A stretch of DNA of 64,000 nt from Nitrospirota bacterium. GTDB taxonomy: Bacteria > Nitrospirota > UBA9217. The position numbers and the translations under genes are program-made. The notes under the pieces are model-generated. The model saw only the letters and a list, made by a program, of their open reading frames with translations. It was not told where the DNA came from and made no database searches. This document shows positions 21,719 through 32,900 of the stretch, piece by piece. Every line of letters starts with the position of its first letter. The stretch's first letter is position 1. The stretch is taken from contig CAVWHO010000010.1 in assembly GCA_963754875.1 (NCBI GenBank), positions 224,001 through 288,000 of the forward strand, given 5' to 3'.

Positions 21719-22003
21719 CGAGTTGCTACATGAAGCTTTACAGATGCGGGCCTCAAAGGAGCATGGGGAGTAGATAACAAATTCAAAGATCAGGACGAGT
21801 TGCATGCACTCTGACACAAATGATCTCAACCAGCGGTCGAGAGGGACAATACACGTCGCGCCCTATACTCATACGTTGATGCATGTTTCAAACGGAATAT
21901 GGCAGTATTTATAGATGACCGCGAGTGCGGACTTGTAGGTGAAAACATAAAACTGACTCTAATGACTCCTTGAAGATTCCCACCAATCGTTTATAATAGC
22001 TTC

Positions 22004-22393
22004 ATGGATCGTTCTTCCTTCGAAAAAATTGTAACACGGTCGCTGCAACGACTTCCTGGAAAGTTCAGAAAAAAGCTGCGCAATATCATCATCGACATAG
22101 AAGACCAACCCCCGCAGACGCTCCTGGACGACATGGGTATATCGCACGGAACGCTCTTTGGGCTCTACCAGGGAGTGCCGCTGCCGGAACGGGAATGGAA
22201 TTACGGGAATGCGCTTCCGGACAGGATTGTCATCTATCAAAAAGTCATTGAACGCTCTGCGACCTCTGACTCCGATATTGAAGAGATCGTCCTGGACACG
22301 GTAGTCCATGAGATCGGACATTATTTCGGGTTCGACGACGCTACGCTTCGTTCGATAGAAGACGAGAAGAGAAGGGAAAAGGGAGGAAAGTAA
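22004..22393 (+). CDS. Zincin-like metallopeptidase family protein
   Basis: LFGLYQG, PDRIVIYQ, TVVHEIGHYFG. Confidence 0.88.
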   Translation: MDRSSFEKIVTRSLQRLPGKFRKKLRNIIIDIEDQPPQTLLDDMGISHGTLFGLYQGVPLPEREWNYGNALPDRIVIYQKVIERSATSDSDIEEIVLDTVVHEIGHYFGFDDATLRSIEDEKRREKGGK

Positions 22394-22410
22394 CACTCTC
22401 TGATATTTAC

Positions 22411-22890
22411 TCAACGATAGGTTTTTAAAATCTTTTCTATGATCCCTGTTGTAGATGCACCTTCCACGTAGGGAACATTAATGACACGCCCGCCTCGGGC
22501 TTGAACCACATCTCTGCCGATGATTTTTTCGATAGGCCAATCTCCACCCTTGACCAGCACATCCGGCTGCAATTCTGAAATGATCCGATAGGGGTCCGGC
22601 TCGTCGAAGACAGTCACAAAATCAACCATTTCCAGGGCGGCCAAGGTCTCCATGCGGTCTGTCTGTGGGTTTATTGGTCTTTTTTCGCCCTTAATTTTTC
22701 TGACCGAAGCATCGCTGTTGACTGCTACAACGAGCAGATCTCCATAAGCTTTTGCCTGAGCAAGATATCGCGTATGGCCGGTATGAATGATGTCGAAGCA
22801 TCCATTCGTAAAAACAATTTTTTTACCGGCGCTGCGCAGGATCTCCAGGAGGGGACGCAATTCTGCTACTGTTTTAATTTTTTTGTGCAT
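22411..22890 (-). CDS. rfaE2: D-glycero-beta-D-manno-heptose 1-phosphate adenylyltransferase
   Basis: FTNGCFDIIHTGH, NSDASV, LVKGGD, STTGII. Confidence 0.95.
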   Translation of the reverse strand: MHKKIKTVAELRPLLEILRSAGKKIVFTNGCFDIIHTGHTRYLAQAKAYGDLLVVAVNSDASVRKIKGEKRPINPQTDRMETLAALEMVDFVTVFDEPDPYRIISELQPDVLVKGGDWPIEKIIGRDVVQARGGRVINVPYVEGASTTGIIEKILKTYR

Positions 22891-22983
22891 GGGGAACTAT
22901 AATATAAAACCGATGAGAAATCAAGCAGTCGGTGAAAAGCGGATTTCTGTCGTTTTGACGCATTAACAAGCGTTTCATCTTCC

Positions 22984-23011
22984 TTGACAACGGCAAAAGT
23001 TCCGATATACT
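22984..23011 (+). promoter_or_regulatory. sigma70 promoter of the Rrf2 gene, likely leaderless
   Basis: TTGACA-N16-TATACT, ATG 7 nt downstream, no SD. Confidence 0.55.
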
Positions 23012-23018
23012 TAGTACC

Positions 23019-23426
23019 ATGCAAGTCACACGAGAAGGTGATTACGGGATCCGCAGCGTTTTGTATCTTGCTCGCCAGCCATTTAAAAAAGTCAGTTTCA
23101 TTAATGAAATCGCGGAGGAGTATAAAATCCCCCGAAGTTTTCTCGCCAAGATTCTGCAAAAACTCGTCAAAGCGAAGATCGTACGTTCCTACCGCGGAGT
23201 GAAGGGCGGCTTTTCTCTCGCCAAACAGTCTCGAGAGATTACGGTACTCGAAGTCCTTGAAGCAATCGAAGGGAAGCTCTATATCAATCTCTGTCTCATG
23301 GACAAAAAGAAATGTAACTTCTCTAAACACTGCCCCACAATGACGCTGTGGGCAAACGTCCAGACCAAGGTGGCCGATACTCTAAAAAAAGCGAATTTCG
23401 AAGACCTTTCCAAACAAAAAGTCTAA
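23019..23426 (+). CDS. Rrf2 family transcriptional regulator, three Cys (probable Fe-S)
   Basis: DYGIR, SYRGVKGGFSL, C-x6-C-x5-C. Confidence 0.92.
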   Translation: MQVTREGDYGIRSVLYLARQPFKKVSFINEIAEEYKIPRSFLAKILQKLVKAKIVRSYRGVKGGFSLAKQSREITVLEVLEAIEGKLYINLCLMDKKKCNFSKHCPTMTLWANVQTKVADTLKKANFEDLSKQKV

Positions 23427-23462
23427 GTTGTCAGCGTTTCTTCCATACGACTGGAGCGCCAT

Positions 23463-24860
23463 ATGACACCGGATAACCAGTATGACTATCGTGCAATTAA
23501 AGGGTTCGCGATTTCATCTCTGTTTTGGGCGGTTGTAGGGCTCCTCGTCGGTATCCTCATCTCCCTGCAGCTCGTTTACCCCTCGCTCAATTTTACGCCT
23601 TGGCTCACCTACGGAAGACTCCGTCCTGTCCACACAAACGCGGTCATCTACGGATTCACCGTGCCGGCCGCTTTCTCCCTGTTCTTCTATCTGGTGCAGA
23701 GGTTAGGCAGGACACGGCTCGCATTCCCGGGACTTGCACAAGCCACGCTGTACGTTTTCAACGTGGCCATTGTGCTCGCCGCACTCTCGCTCTTTGCCGG
23801 CATGAACCAAAGCAAGGAATATTCCGAACTCGAATGGCCGCTCGACATCGGGGTAGTGATCCTGTGGGTGATGTTCTCAATCAACATTATCGGCACGATC
23901 ATGAAACGGAAAGAGGAGCAGATGTATGTTTCGCTCTGGTACATTCTCGCTACGGTCGTTGGCGTAGCTATCGTGTATATCGGGAACAATATTTCGGTCC
24001 CCGTTTCCTGGTTCAAATCCTATTCCATCTATGCGGGCGCGAACGATGCGAACGTCCAGTGGTGGTTCGGACACAATGCAGTTGCCTTCGTCTTCACCAC
24101 GCTGCCCCTCGCTGTCTTTTACTACATCCTTCCCAAGGCGACCAATGCACCGCTGTACAGCCACCGGCTTTCGATCATCGGTTTCTGGGCGCTGGTCTTT
24201 GCGTATCTCTGGACCGGGGCTCATCACCTGATCTATACGCCGCTTCCCGACTGGATCCAGACCGTGGCCATCGCATTCAGCTTTTTCTTGATTGCTCCGT
24301 CATGGGCGTCGGTCATCAACGGCTATGGCACGATGAACGGCCAATGGCAACAGATGCGGTCCAACTATCTGGTTAAGTTTATCGTCATGGGAATCACGTT
24401 TTACGGTCTGCAGACCATTCAGGGACCGAGCCAGGCAATCCGTTCCTTCAGTGCTTTAATCCACTACACTGACTGGGTGCCCGGTCATGTTCACATGGGC
24501 ACGATGGGATGGGTAACGATGACGATTTCGGCAGGCTTCTATTATATGATCCCCCGCATTTATAATACGGAAGTATACAGCGTCAAGCTCGCGAATCTGC
24601 ACTTCTGGCTCGTGCTCGTGGGACAGCTTATTTATTCTGTCACCATGTGGATAACGGGCATTCGACAAGGGGCGATGTGGCAGGCCATGGACAAGGACGG
24701 CAGCCTGGTTTATGCCAATTTCGTGCAGACTCTGGCGCCGAATTATCCCTTCTGGAATATGCGTACCGCCGGGGGGATTATTTTCTTTACGGGGTTCCTT
24801 GTGTTCGTTTACAATCTTTACAAGACGATCAGGACTGCGCCGGTGCCACAGAAGGCATGA
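23463..24860 (+). CDS. ccoN: cbb3-type cytochrome c oxidase subunit I
   Basis: GRLRPVHTN, KEYSELEW, WWFGHNAV, GAHHL, GHVHMG. Confidence 0.96.
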   Translation: MTPDNQYDYRAIKGFAISSLFWAVVGLLVGILISLQLVYPSLNFTPWLTYGRLRPVHTNAVIYGFTVPAAFSLFFYLVQRLGRTRLAFPGLAQATLYVFNVAIVLAALSLFAGMNQSKEYSELEWPLDIGVVILWVMFSINIIGTIMKRKEEQMYVSLWYILATVVGVAIVYIGNNISVPVSWFKSYSIYAGANDANVQWWFGHNAVAFVFTTLPLAVFYYILPKATNAPLYSHRLSIIGFWALVFAYLWTGAHHLIYTPLPDWIQTVAIAFSFFLIAPSWASVINGYGTMNGQWQQMRSNYLVKFIVMGITFYGLQTIQGPSQAIRSFSALIHYTDWVPGHVHMGTMGWVTMTISAGFYYMIPRIYNTEVYSVKLANLHFWLVLVGQLIYSVTMWITGIRQGAMWQAMDKDGSLVYANFVQTLAPNYPFWNMRTAGGIIFFTGFLVFVYNLYKTIRTAPVPQKA

Positions 24861-24959
24861 GAACGAGGTGTACCTCCGAGAGCGTGGAGAAAACCATGAA
24901 TTAGGGATTATCGCCGCGACATGCGTTTTGCTCGATGCCGCACTACAAAGGAGCCGCGA

Positions 24960-25532
24960 ATGAACGTCGATAAAAGACCGGTAATCTTTATTATCCTGGC
25001 GACGCTGACGATCCTGGTGGGAACGCTGTTGACGACGTTCATTCCTTTGTTTGTCGGGACTGCGACGCCGTCCATTGAAAAAGTTATTCCTTACAAACCG
25101 CTGGAAGTGGAGGGCAGGGACATCTATATTCGCGAAGGTTGCAACAATTGCCACACCCAGACGGTCCGTCCGCTTCCCTTTGAAACGGCCCGTTACGGCG
25201 CACCGTCAAAACTTGAGGAGTCTGCCATCGATCGGCCCCATCTGTGGGGGTCCAAGCGGACCGGGCCTGATCTTGCCCGCGTAGGCACAAAATATCCTGC
25301 AGCCTGGCATTACCTGCATTTGAAAGATCCGCGGAGCATGTATCGTGATTCGAACATGCCGGCCTACGCATGGCTCAGCGACAGAAAACTGGACACCCAG
25401 TATACGGAGAAAAAAATGCACGTTCTTGGTTATCCCTATGCGGCCGAGGATGTGCAAGCCCTGGCAGATAAAACGGAAATGGACGCCCTCGTGGCATATC
25501 TCATGCGGCTGGGAAGGGAGTTAAAACAGTAG
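24960..25532 (+). CDS. ccoO: cbb3-type cytochrome c oxidase subunit II
   Basis: GRDIYIREGCNNCHTQ, WGSKRTGPDL, SNMP; SD AAGGAG before ATG 24960. Confidence 0.95.
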   Translation: MNVDKRPVIFIILATLTILVGTLLTTFIPLFVGTATPSIEKVIPYKPLEVEGRDIYIREGCNNCHTQTVRPLPFETARYGAPSKLEESAIDRPHLWGSKRTGPDLARVGTKYPAAWHYLHLKDPRSMYRDSNMPAYAWLSDRKLDTQYTEKKMHVLGYPYAAEDVQALADKTEMDALVAYLMRLGRELKQ

Positions 25533-25534
25533 TG

Positions 25535-25675
25535 ATGGAATGGAAAGCATGGCTTTATTTCGGTTTCACTATTTTGCTCACCGTGGTCTTGATGAGCATT
25601 GCGGTGTATTATTATCGCGATAAGCGGAAGAAGACAGTTGAAGAGCCGAAGTACCGAATGCTCGATGAGGATTGA
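25535..25675 (+). CDS. ccoQ: cbb3-type oxidase subunit CcoQ, 46 aa, not in ORF track
   Basis: MEWKAWLYFGFTILLTVVLMSIAVYYYRDKRKKTVEEPKYRMLDED; one TM helix, lies between ccoO and ccoP. Confidence 0.8.
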   Translation: MEWKAWLYFGFTILLTVVLMSIAVYYYRDKRKKTVEEPKYRMLDED

Positions 25676-25756
25676 CCGGTGGAAATATTTTTTTTATTGA
25701 TTGCTGATACGCTTCGGGGTGCCACATAAACTGCTGCCGAGCATCAGGAGAAGACT

Positions 25757-26237
25757 ATGAGCGAATATGACGGGATAGAAGAACGAAAAGAGGGGAAGTC
25801 AAGGATGCCTCTTGGCATGACGATATCTGTTTGTCGGACTCATTATCTTCGGGCTGTGCTATTTGTATCTCTATTCTCCGCAGACCACCGGCTGGACCCA
25901 GGCAAAACAATATGAGCAGCGAATGGAAGCCTTCAAGCAGCAAGTCGTGACCCATGAAACGAAAGAGGTGGAATCCGGCCGTTCGGAGAGCATATCAACT
26001 GGACAAGGGCCGGAAATATATAAATCGACCTGCGCGATGTGTCACGGCGAAAATCTTGAAGGAGGAATCGGCCCGGTGCTCCTGGGGCCGAAATTCAAAT
26101 ATGGCGGAACTCTTGCCGACCATGTTCGCGTTATCACGAACGGCACTCCGAACGGCATGCCGGCGTATGGAAAACAACTCGGTCCCGACAAGGTACGCGC
26201 AGTTGCGCACTATGTCTTTTTCCGACATACGAAGTAG
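25757..26237 (+). CDS. ccoP: Short monoheme CcoP-like cytochrome c; +1 frameshift at ~25824
   Basis: N-terminal EYDGIEE FixP motif, TM helix in the shifted frame, CAMCH, GMPAY. Confidence 0.85.
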
Positions 26238-26243
26238 CCAGGC

Positions 26244-27500
26244 ATGAAAAAGCTATCTTTTCGCGACTACGGCGCAGGCATTGCTGCATGGGTGCAGGCA
26301 GCGCTTCTGCTCGCGCTGCCATTCCTTCGGGTGAACGGAGAAAGCGCCCTTCGCTTTGACGTTCCTTCCCTTAAATTATATTTTTTCGGTTCCGTCATCT
26401 GGATCAGCGAAGCTTATTTCTTCCTGCTCGTCTTCCTTCTCTTTTTTCTCGGCATCATGCTTGATAACGGTCCTCTACGGCCGCATCTGGTGCGGCTGGA
26501 TGTGCCCCCAGTCGGTCCTGTCCGATTTCGCGAGACGGTTGATTGCCGTCACGGCATGGTTCAGCCGTCATCGGTACGTCAGGCGGGACGGTTTCGCAGG
26601 TTGTCCTCTTCTGTTTCTCGGCAACTCGTCGCGGCCGACTTGATCTGGTATTTCGTTTCGCCCTATGACATGATCAGGGACTCGTTCACGGGTCGCTCGG
26701 CCCCTGGACATCAGGCTCTTGGTTATTTTTTACCATGTTACTCTATCTGGACCTGGCCTTTGTTAGACAACGTTTCTGCGGGTCCGTTTGTCCGTATGCG
26801 AGATTCCAAAGCGCATTTTTTGATGACAGAACGCTGACGATCGCTTTCGACCGGGAACATGCAGACGAATGCCTCGGGTGCGAAGCATGTGTGCGCTCCT
26901 GCCCATCAGGGATAGACATTCGCAAGGGTCTTCAGGTTGAATGCATCAACTGTGCTGAATGCATCGATGCTTGCCGCGCACAGGCGCTGAAAACCGGAAA
27001 AAGGCTGCTCGTGCGGTATTTCAAGGGAGCGTCCGGTGAGACGATGCCGATGGGGATGAGGGGCCGGGTGATAGGGCTTTCCATTGCCTTTGCCAGTATC
27101 GCCGTGCTGCTTGCATATCAAGTTTATGTTAGAGTGCCTGTTGATTTCTGGGTTTTTCGCGACGAGCCCCAATCGGTTCAACAGGGGGACAATCCTGCCG
27201 GCATGATGAATTCCTATTCAGTAACAATTGAAAACCGCGGTCTTAAACCGGCCGTCTACCAGCTCAGTGTTGCCGGAATAAAAGATGCAGAACTGGAAAT
27301 TTCACAGAATCCTTTTATCGTTCCCTCCCAATGCCGGGATGAAGGTACGAGTTAACGTCTATGTCAAGAGAAAAAACCTCACTTACCGGCTCACACAACT
27401 GCGTTTTATTCTTGAAAATCTCATGACACGGGAGATAAAAGTGGAACAGGAAGCCCCCTTTATCTACCCGGACCAGACCGAAGAGGGAAAAGAGATTTAA
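26244..27500 (+). CDS. ccoG: CcoG/FixG 4Fe-4S accessory protein; at least five frameshifts (error-rich or pseudogene)
   Basis: GRIWCGWMCPQ, FCGSVCPYARFQ, CLGCEACVRSCP, CINCAECIDAC and an Ig-like C-terminus spread over frames. Confidence 0.85.
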
Positions 27501-27566
27501 CGTGCTGCACGTTGCTCAGAGAAAAAGATCAGTAGCGAGTTGCGAAATAGGGGATATAATTATACT

Positions 27567-27710
27567 ATGCTCTGGACAGTTATTGCGCTCATCGTTCTCA
27601 TGTTTTTCCTTGGCCTTGCTGCCTGGTTCATTTTTATCTGGGCCGTAAAGACGGGACAGTTCGATGATATCGAACGGCCGAAACACAGGATGCTGGATGA
27701 TGACAGTTGA
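27567..27710 (+). CDS. ccoS: cbb3 oxidase maturation protein CcoS, 47 aa, not in ORF track
   Basis: TM helix followed by WAVKTGQFDDIERPKHRML. Confidence 0.88.
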   Translation: MLWTVIALIVLMFFLGLAAWFIFIWAVKTGQFDDIERPKHRMLDDDS

Positions 27711-27807
27711 TTACGTTGTGGAATAAATAGTCCAGCTCCCGTGATCCGTTATTCTTTCGTGAAATCCTCCCTGGTCTCTGCCTGCCTCAAATCGCTCGAA
27801 AAACAGC

Positions 27808-27871
27808 TTGACACTTCGCCGGGACTTGGTGTATCCTCCCTTCTGAATTTAATTAACCGATTAGTTAAATT
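27808..27871 (+). promoter_or_regulatory. sigma70 promoter and palindromic probable TetR operator
   Basis: TTGACA-N18-TATCCT; 26-bp imperfect palindrome AATTTAATTAACCGATTAGTTAAATT at 27846-27871. Confidence 0.7.
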
Positions 27872-27874
27872 ATT

Positions 27875-28531
27875 ATGAAGCAACCCCGCTCACAAAAACA
27901 TTCTGCAGGCCGCCGTCCCAAATCGGGCCGGTCCGAGGGCGATACGCGCGTTGAAATTCTCGCTGCCGCACGCCGGGTGTTCGCGCAGCACGGTCTCGAC
28001 GGGACTTCGGTCCGCGAGGTTGCCGATGCGGCAAAAGTCAATAACGCGATGATCTATTACCATTTTAAGGACAAAGATGCTCTTTATCGCGCCGTTCTGA
28101 GCGACTCTTTCTCTGCCCTGGCTGATATCTGGTCCGACCCTGTTTTCTCATCAGAAACGTCGGTACGCAGGAAAATCGAGAAGTACGTCGAGAGCTTCAT
28201 CAGATTCCAGATTGGCAATGAAGACCTGCGCAGGATTATGGCCATGGAATTTGCGGGAAGCAGCGGAAACATCGCGTGGATCTGCGAACGGTATTTCGCC
28301 GACAATTATGCCCGCCTGGTTAAAATGTTCAGGGACGGGATGAAGAGCGGCGAACTGAGAAAATTCGATCCCTCTCTGGCAGTTGCCTCTCTGATCGGGG
28401 TCATTATCCACAATTTTATTTTGCAACCCATGGCGGAGCAGGTGCATGGAAAATGCGTGAACCTCTCTCCGAAAAAATTCGGTGCTTTTGTAACAGATCT
28501 CTTCTTTAACGGACTGGCTTTGATTAAATAA
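27875..28531 (+). CDS. TetR/AcrR family regulator
   Basis: ILAAARRVFAQHG..GTSVREVA...MIYYHFKDK. Confidence 0.95.
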   Translation: MKQPRSQKHSAGRRPKSGRSEGDTRVEILAAARRVFAQHGLDGTSVREVADAAKVNNAMIYYHFKDKDALYRAVLSDSFSALADIWSDPVFSSETSVRRKIEKYVESFIRFQIGNEDLRRIMAMEFAGSSGNIAWICERYFADNYARLVKMFRDGMKSGELRKFDPSLAVASLIGVIIHNFILQPMAEQVHGKCVNLSPKKFGAFVTDLFFNGLALIK

Positions 28532-28564
28532 ACAGGCAAAGCTCACAACTTACAATGAGGTCCC

Positions 28565-29866
28565 ATGACCATGAGAATATTGTACGCATTTGTTTTTACT
28601 CTGGCTTGTATTGTATCGGCCGTTCAGGCACAGGCAGGGGACAGGGTCTATACTCTCGAAGATGCCTATAAAGCGGCCCTCGGTACGAATGAAATGGTCA
28701 AGATCGCCGAGGAAGACGTGGCGCAGTCGGACGATCGGGTTGACCAGGCATGGACCTATCTGTATCCGCGCCTCATTGCACAGGGGGCGTATACGCATTT
28801 CAATGAAGAACTTCCTCCCGGCGGCGGCCTATTTCTATTTCAACCTCTCGACCAATATCAGGCGGCACTGGTCCTGACCCAGCCGCTCTACACAGGCGGC
28901 AGAACGTTGGCAGCTCTCCGTACGGCCAAAAAAATGCGCGAGAGCAGCAACAGCAGCCTGCTCCTGGTAAGACAGGACATGATGCTGAACGTTGCCGAGG
29001 CTTATTACGGCGTGCTCAAGGCCCAGAAGACAGTGGATATCAGCAAACGGTCACTGGAGCGGATGGAGCACCATCGAGAAACCACTGAGCGTGAGGCCGC
29101 AACGCGAAAAACCAAAGCCAACCAGTCTGCTTTACTTCGTGCGAATTCGCTGGTAAGCCAGGCGCGTATCGCCTTAGTGCGGGCACAGGATGGTCTGAAT
29201 ATTGGGCGGGATAAACTGAGTCTGTTGACCAAGCTTCCTGCGGATCTGCAGGTAATGGAGCCACCTCAGGTCGATCAGCCGTCAGGGAGTCTTGAAGATC
29301 TCCAGAAGATCGCTCTTGCCAACCGTGATGATTACATGAACGCGAAAATGAATAAAAACATTTCAGAGGAAAACGTCACCATCGTTCGGGGCGGACATTA
29401 CCCCCAGCTTGCTGCAGTAGCGGGAGCTCAATACCAGGATTCGCGGCCGGCGATTTTCACGGACTCGACGACCTACTATGCGGGGCTTCGGCTCACGATC
29501 CCGATCTTCGAAGGCGGCCTGATGAATGCCGAGGTAGCGGAAGCCAAATCAAAGGTCAGACAGGCGGAATTATTCAGCAATTTTCTTCGCCAGTCCATTG
29601 ATTCCGACGTTCACGCAGCGTATGTGAACCTCCAGACCGTAACGTCGGTACTGGAGACTGCAAAGCTTGAGATGGACGATGCTAAGGGCAACTATGATGC
29701 AGTGGAAAGTCTGTTTTCGGAAGGGCTCCTTGCCAGCCTTTCTCTCATTGATGCGGAGCAGACCTTGACCATGGCGGAGAGCGAACTGATGAACGCAACC
29801 TATGACCGCCAGATCGCCATCCTGCGCCTCAGAAAAAGCATAGGATTGCTAGGGAAAGAATCATAA
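28565..29866 (+). CDS. TolC family outer membrane efflux protein
   Basis: Signal peptide and two OEP repeats (QPLYTGG, IPIFEGG). Confidence 0.9.
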   Translation: MTMRILYAFVFTLACIVSAVQAQAGDRVYTLEDAYKAALGTNEMVKIAEEDVAQSDDRVDQAWTYLYPRLIAQGAYTHFNEELPPGGGLFLFQPLDQYQAALVLTQPLYTGGRTLAALRTAKKMRESSNSSLLLVRQDMMLNVAEAYYGVLKAQKTVDISKRSLERMEHHRETTEREAATRKTKANQSALLRANSLVSQARIALVRAQDGLNIGRDKLSLLTKLPADLQVMEPPQVDQPSGSLEDLQKIALANRDDYMNAKMNKNISEENVTIVRGGHYPQLAAVAGAQYQDSRPAIFTDSTTYYAGLRLTIPIFEGGLMNAEVAEAKSKVRQAELFSNFLRQSIDSDVHAAYVNLQTVTSVLETAKLEMDDAKGNYDAVESLFSEGLLASLSLIDAEQTLTMAESELMNATYDRQIAILRLRKSIGLLGKES

Positions 29867-29902
29867 GTGCATTTCTTACGTTCAATAAACTGAGGTCTTG
29901 CC

Positions 29903-32900
29903 ATGCGTTTGCCTGAAATATCAATAAAAAGGCCGGTATTCATCACGATGATCGGCCTTGCACTCATCGTCTTCGGTATAGTTTCCTTCCCCCGTCTGGC
30001 TCTCGACCTTTTTCCCAAGGTCGACTTCCCGATCGTGAACATCACGACGAAACTGGTGGGCGCGTCGCCTGAGATTATGGAGGCGGACGTCACGAATACG
30101 ATCGAAGAGGCCGTGAACACGATCAACGGCGTCAAGTCTATTACCTCCCAAAGCATGGAGGAGTATTCCATTGTGACGGTGGAGTTTCAGCTCGAACGCA
30201 ATGTCGAGCAGGCGGCCCAGGACGTGCGCGACAAGGTCGCCGCGATCAGAAACCAGCTGCCTCGGGACTCCGAGCCGCCGGTGATCGAGAAGATCAGCCC
30301 CGAGGACCAGCCCATCGTCTGGATCGCGGTCTGGGGAGACCGCTCTATCCGGGACCTGACGCACTACGCGGATAAGATCCTGAAGCGTGACATTGAGAAG
30401 ATCCCGGGTGTGGGATCGGTGACCATGAGCGGCGGCAGGACCCGTCAGGTGCGCATCTGGATCGACCGGAAGAAGATGGACGCTGCGTCCCTGACCGCCG
30501 ATGACATCAAGCAGGCGCTGGGACGGGAACACCGAGAAGTACCGGGCGGACGGGTCGAGAATGTCCGCACGGAATATATCGTCAAGACCAAGGGCGAGTA
30601 CGAAACGCCTGAGGCGTTCAACGACCTGATTATCGCCTATCGGCATGGCAGACTGATCAAGCTCAAGGACATCGGGTCCGCCGAGGACGGGCTCGAAGAC
30701 GAGCGGTCGATCACCCGGTTCGACGGGAAAATGGCCGTCGGCCTTTCGGTCAAACGCCAGTCAGGCGAGAACACTGTTGCTGTGGCAGAGCGCGTCAAAG
30801 CGGCCGTAGCGGCCATCAAACCGCCACAGGGCATGCATCTTGACATCACGTTCGACCAGTCCAAGTTCATCCGGCGCTCGATCGAGGACGTCCAGATATC
30901 GCTCTGGCTTGGGGCCGTGCTTGCAGTACTCATCATCTTCGTTTTTCTCCGGAGCGTCAGGAGCACGCTGATCAGCGCCGTAGCCCTGCCGACCTCGGTG
31001 ATCGCGACCTTCGCCTTCATCCACGCCTTCGGGTTCACCCTGAACATGATGACCATGCTCGGCCTGTCGCTCTCCATCGGCATCCTGATCGACGACTCCA
31101 TCGTGGTGCTTGAGAACATCTACCGACGAATGGAAGAGGGGGAGCCGCCGATGCAGGCGGCCCTCGAAGGATCGTCGGAGATCGGCCTGGCAGTCATGGC
31201 GACAACCTTGTCCATCGTTGCCGTGTTCGTTCCTGTAGCGTTCATGAAGGGGATCGTCGGCAAGTTCTTCTTCGAATTCGGCATTACCGTCACCGTCGCG
31301 GTACTCATCTCCCTCTTCGTGTCACTGACGCTGACGCCCATGCTCACCTCGCGCTTCCTGAGCCACACCAAGAAACACGGCAAGGTCTACCTGTTCCTGG
31401 AGAAGGGCTTCGACAAGATGTACGACGTGTACAAGCCCCTCCTCGCCTGGGCGCTCAAGCACCGCTGGTCGGTCATCGCGATAGCGGGCGCAAGTATCGT
31501 CATAGGTCTCGTGTTCTTCGGGATCCTGGGTAAGGAGTTCATGCCGAATGAGGACCAGGGCAGATACATGGTCAGGCTGGAAACGCCGATCGACTATTCG
31601 CTGCCCCGCGCGGACGGGGTCATGCGTAAAATCGACGAAGAGCTTCGCAAAAGACCGGAGGTCCAGAGCACGTTTTACGTGACCGGGTCCGACTTGACGC
31701 CGGATGTGAACAAAAGCCGGATCTATGTGAATTTGAAGGAACGGAAGGATCGGAACATTGCCCAGCTGGATTCCATGAAACAGGTACGTGACTTCCTGGC
31801 GGGCAAATCCGACATCAAGTCCTCGGTGGAAATGATCGCGATGGTGGGAGGCGGCATGCGGTCCGTTCCGATCCAGCTTATGGTGCAGGGAAGAAACCTC
31901 GACGATCTGAACATGCGGACCCTGGCCATCAAGAACGAGTTTGCGAAACTGCCTGGCGTGGTGGATGCCGATACTTCCATCGAAACCGGCAAACCCGAGG
32001 TACGCATCCGCATCGACCGCGACAAAGCGGCGAACCTGGGCGTCAGCGCAGCGTCCATCGGCGGTACGGTGAACACGATGATCGGCGGGGAGATCGTCGG
32101 CAAGTACAAGGATGAAAAAGAAGGGGAGCGGTACGACATCGTTGCGCGCCTGATCCCTTCCGAACGGGACCGCCCGGACGACATTGAAACCCTCTGGGTC
32201 CGTTCTTCGACGGGTGAACTGGTGCGGTTGCAGGACGTGTCGACGGCCAAGACCGGGGAAGGGCCGACAGTCATCATGCACTACAACCGTCAGCGGGCCG
32301 CGACCCTTTACGCCGGCACGGACAAGACATTGCCCATGGGCCAGGCCATGAACGAGTTGAACGCCATTGTCAAGAAAAACGTGACGCCCGACATCTCCAC
32401 GCGCTACGTGGGCATGGCCGACGCCATGCTGGACGCATTCAAGAACATCGCCTTCGCGCTTGTGATCGCCGTCATCATGGTCTACATGATCCTGGCGTCC
32501 CAGTTCGAGAGCTTCGTCCATCCCTTTACGATCATGTTCTCGCTGCCTGTAAGTCTTATCGGCGCCATGGGCCTCCTGTTGCTCACCGGAGAGCGCGTCC
32601 AGATCTTCAGCCTCATCGGTGTGATCATGCTCATGGGCCTGGTGACCAAGAACGCGATCCTCCTCATTGACTATACCATCACGCTCAGGAAGCGCGGGAT
32701 GACCCGCGAGGAGGCCCTCTTGCAGGCAGGGCCGGTGCGACTCCGTCCTATCGTCATGACCACGGCTGCCATGGTCTTCGGCATGCTTCCTACGGCCTTG
32801 AAGATCGGGGAAGGCGCCGAATCCAGAGCCCCCATGGCAATTGCCGTCATCGGCGGACTGATCACTTCTACGCTGCTCACCCTCGTGGTGATCCCAGTCG

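Noticed and set aside
31322..32521. Long antisense ORFs (this 399-aa one and similar ones opposite hisS, eno, CDF, macB)
   Set aside because: Shadow frames of GC3-rich genes with no recognisable motifs.
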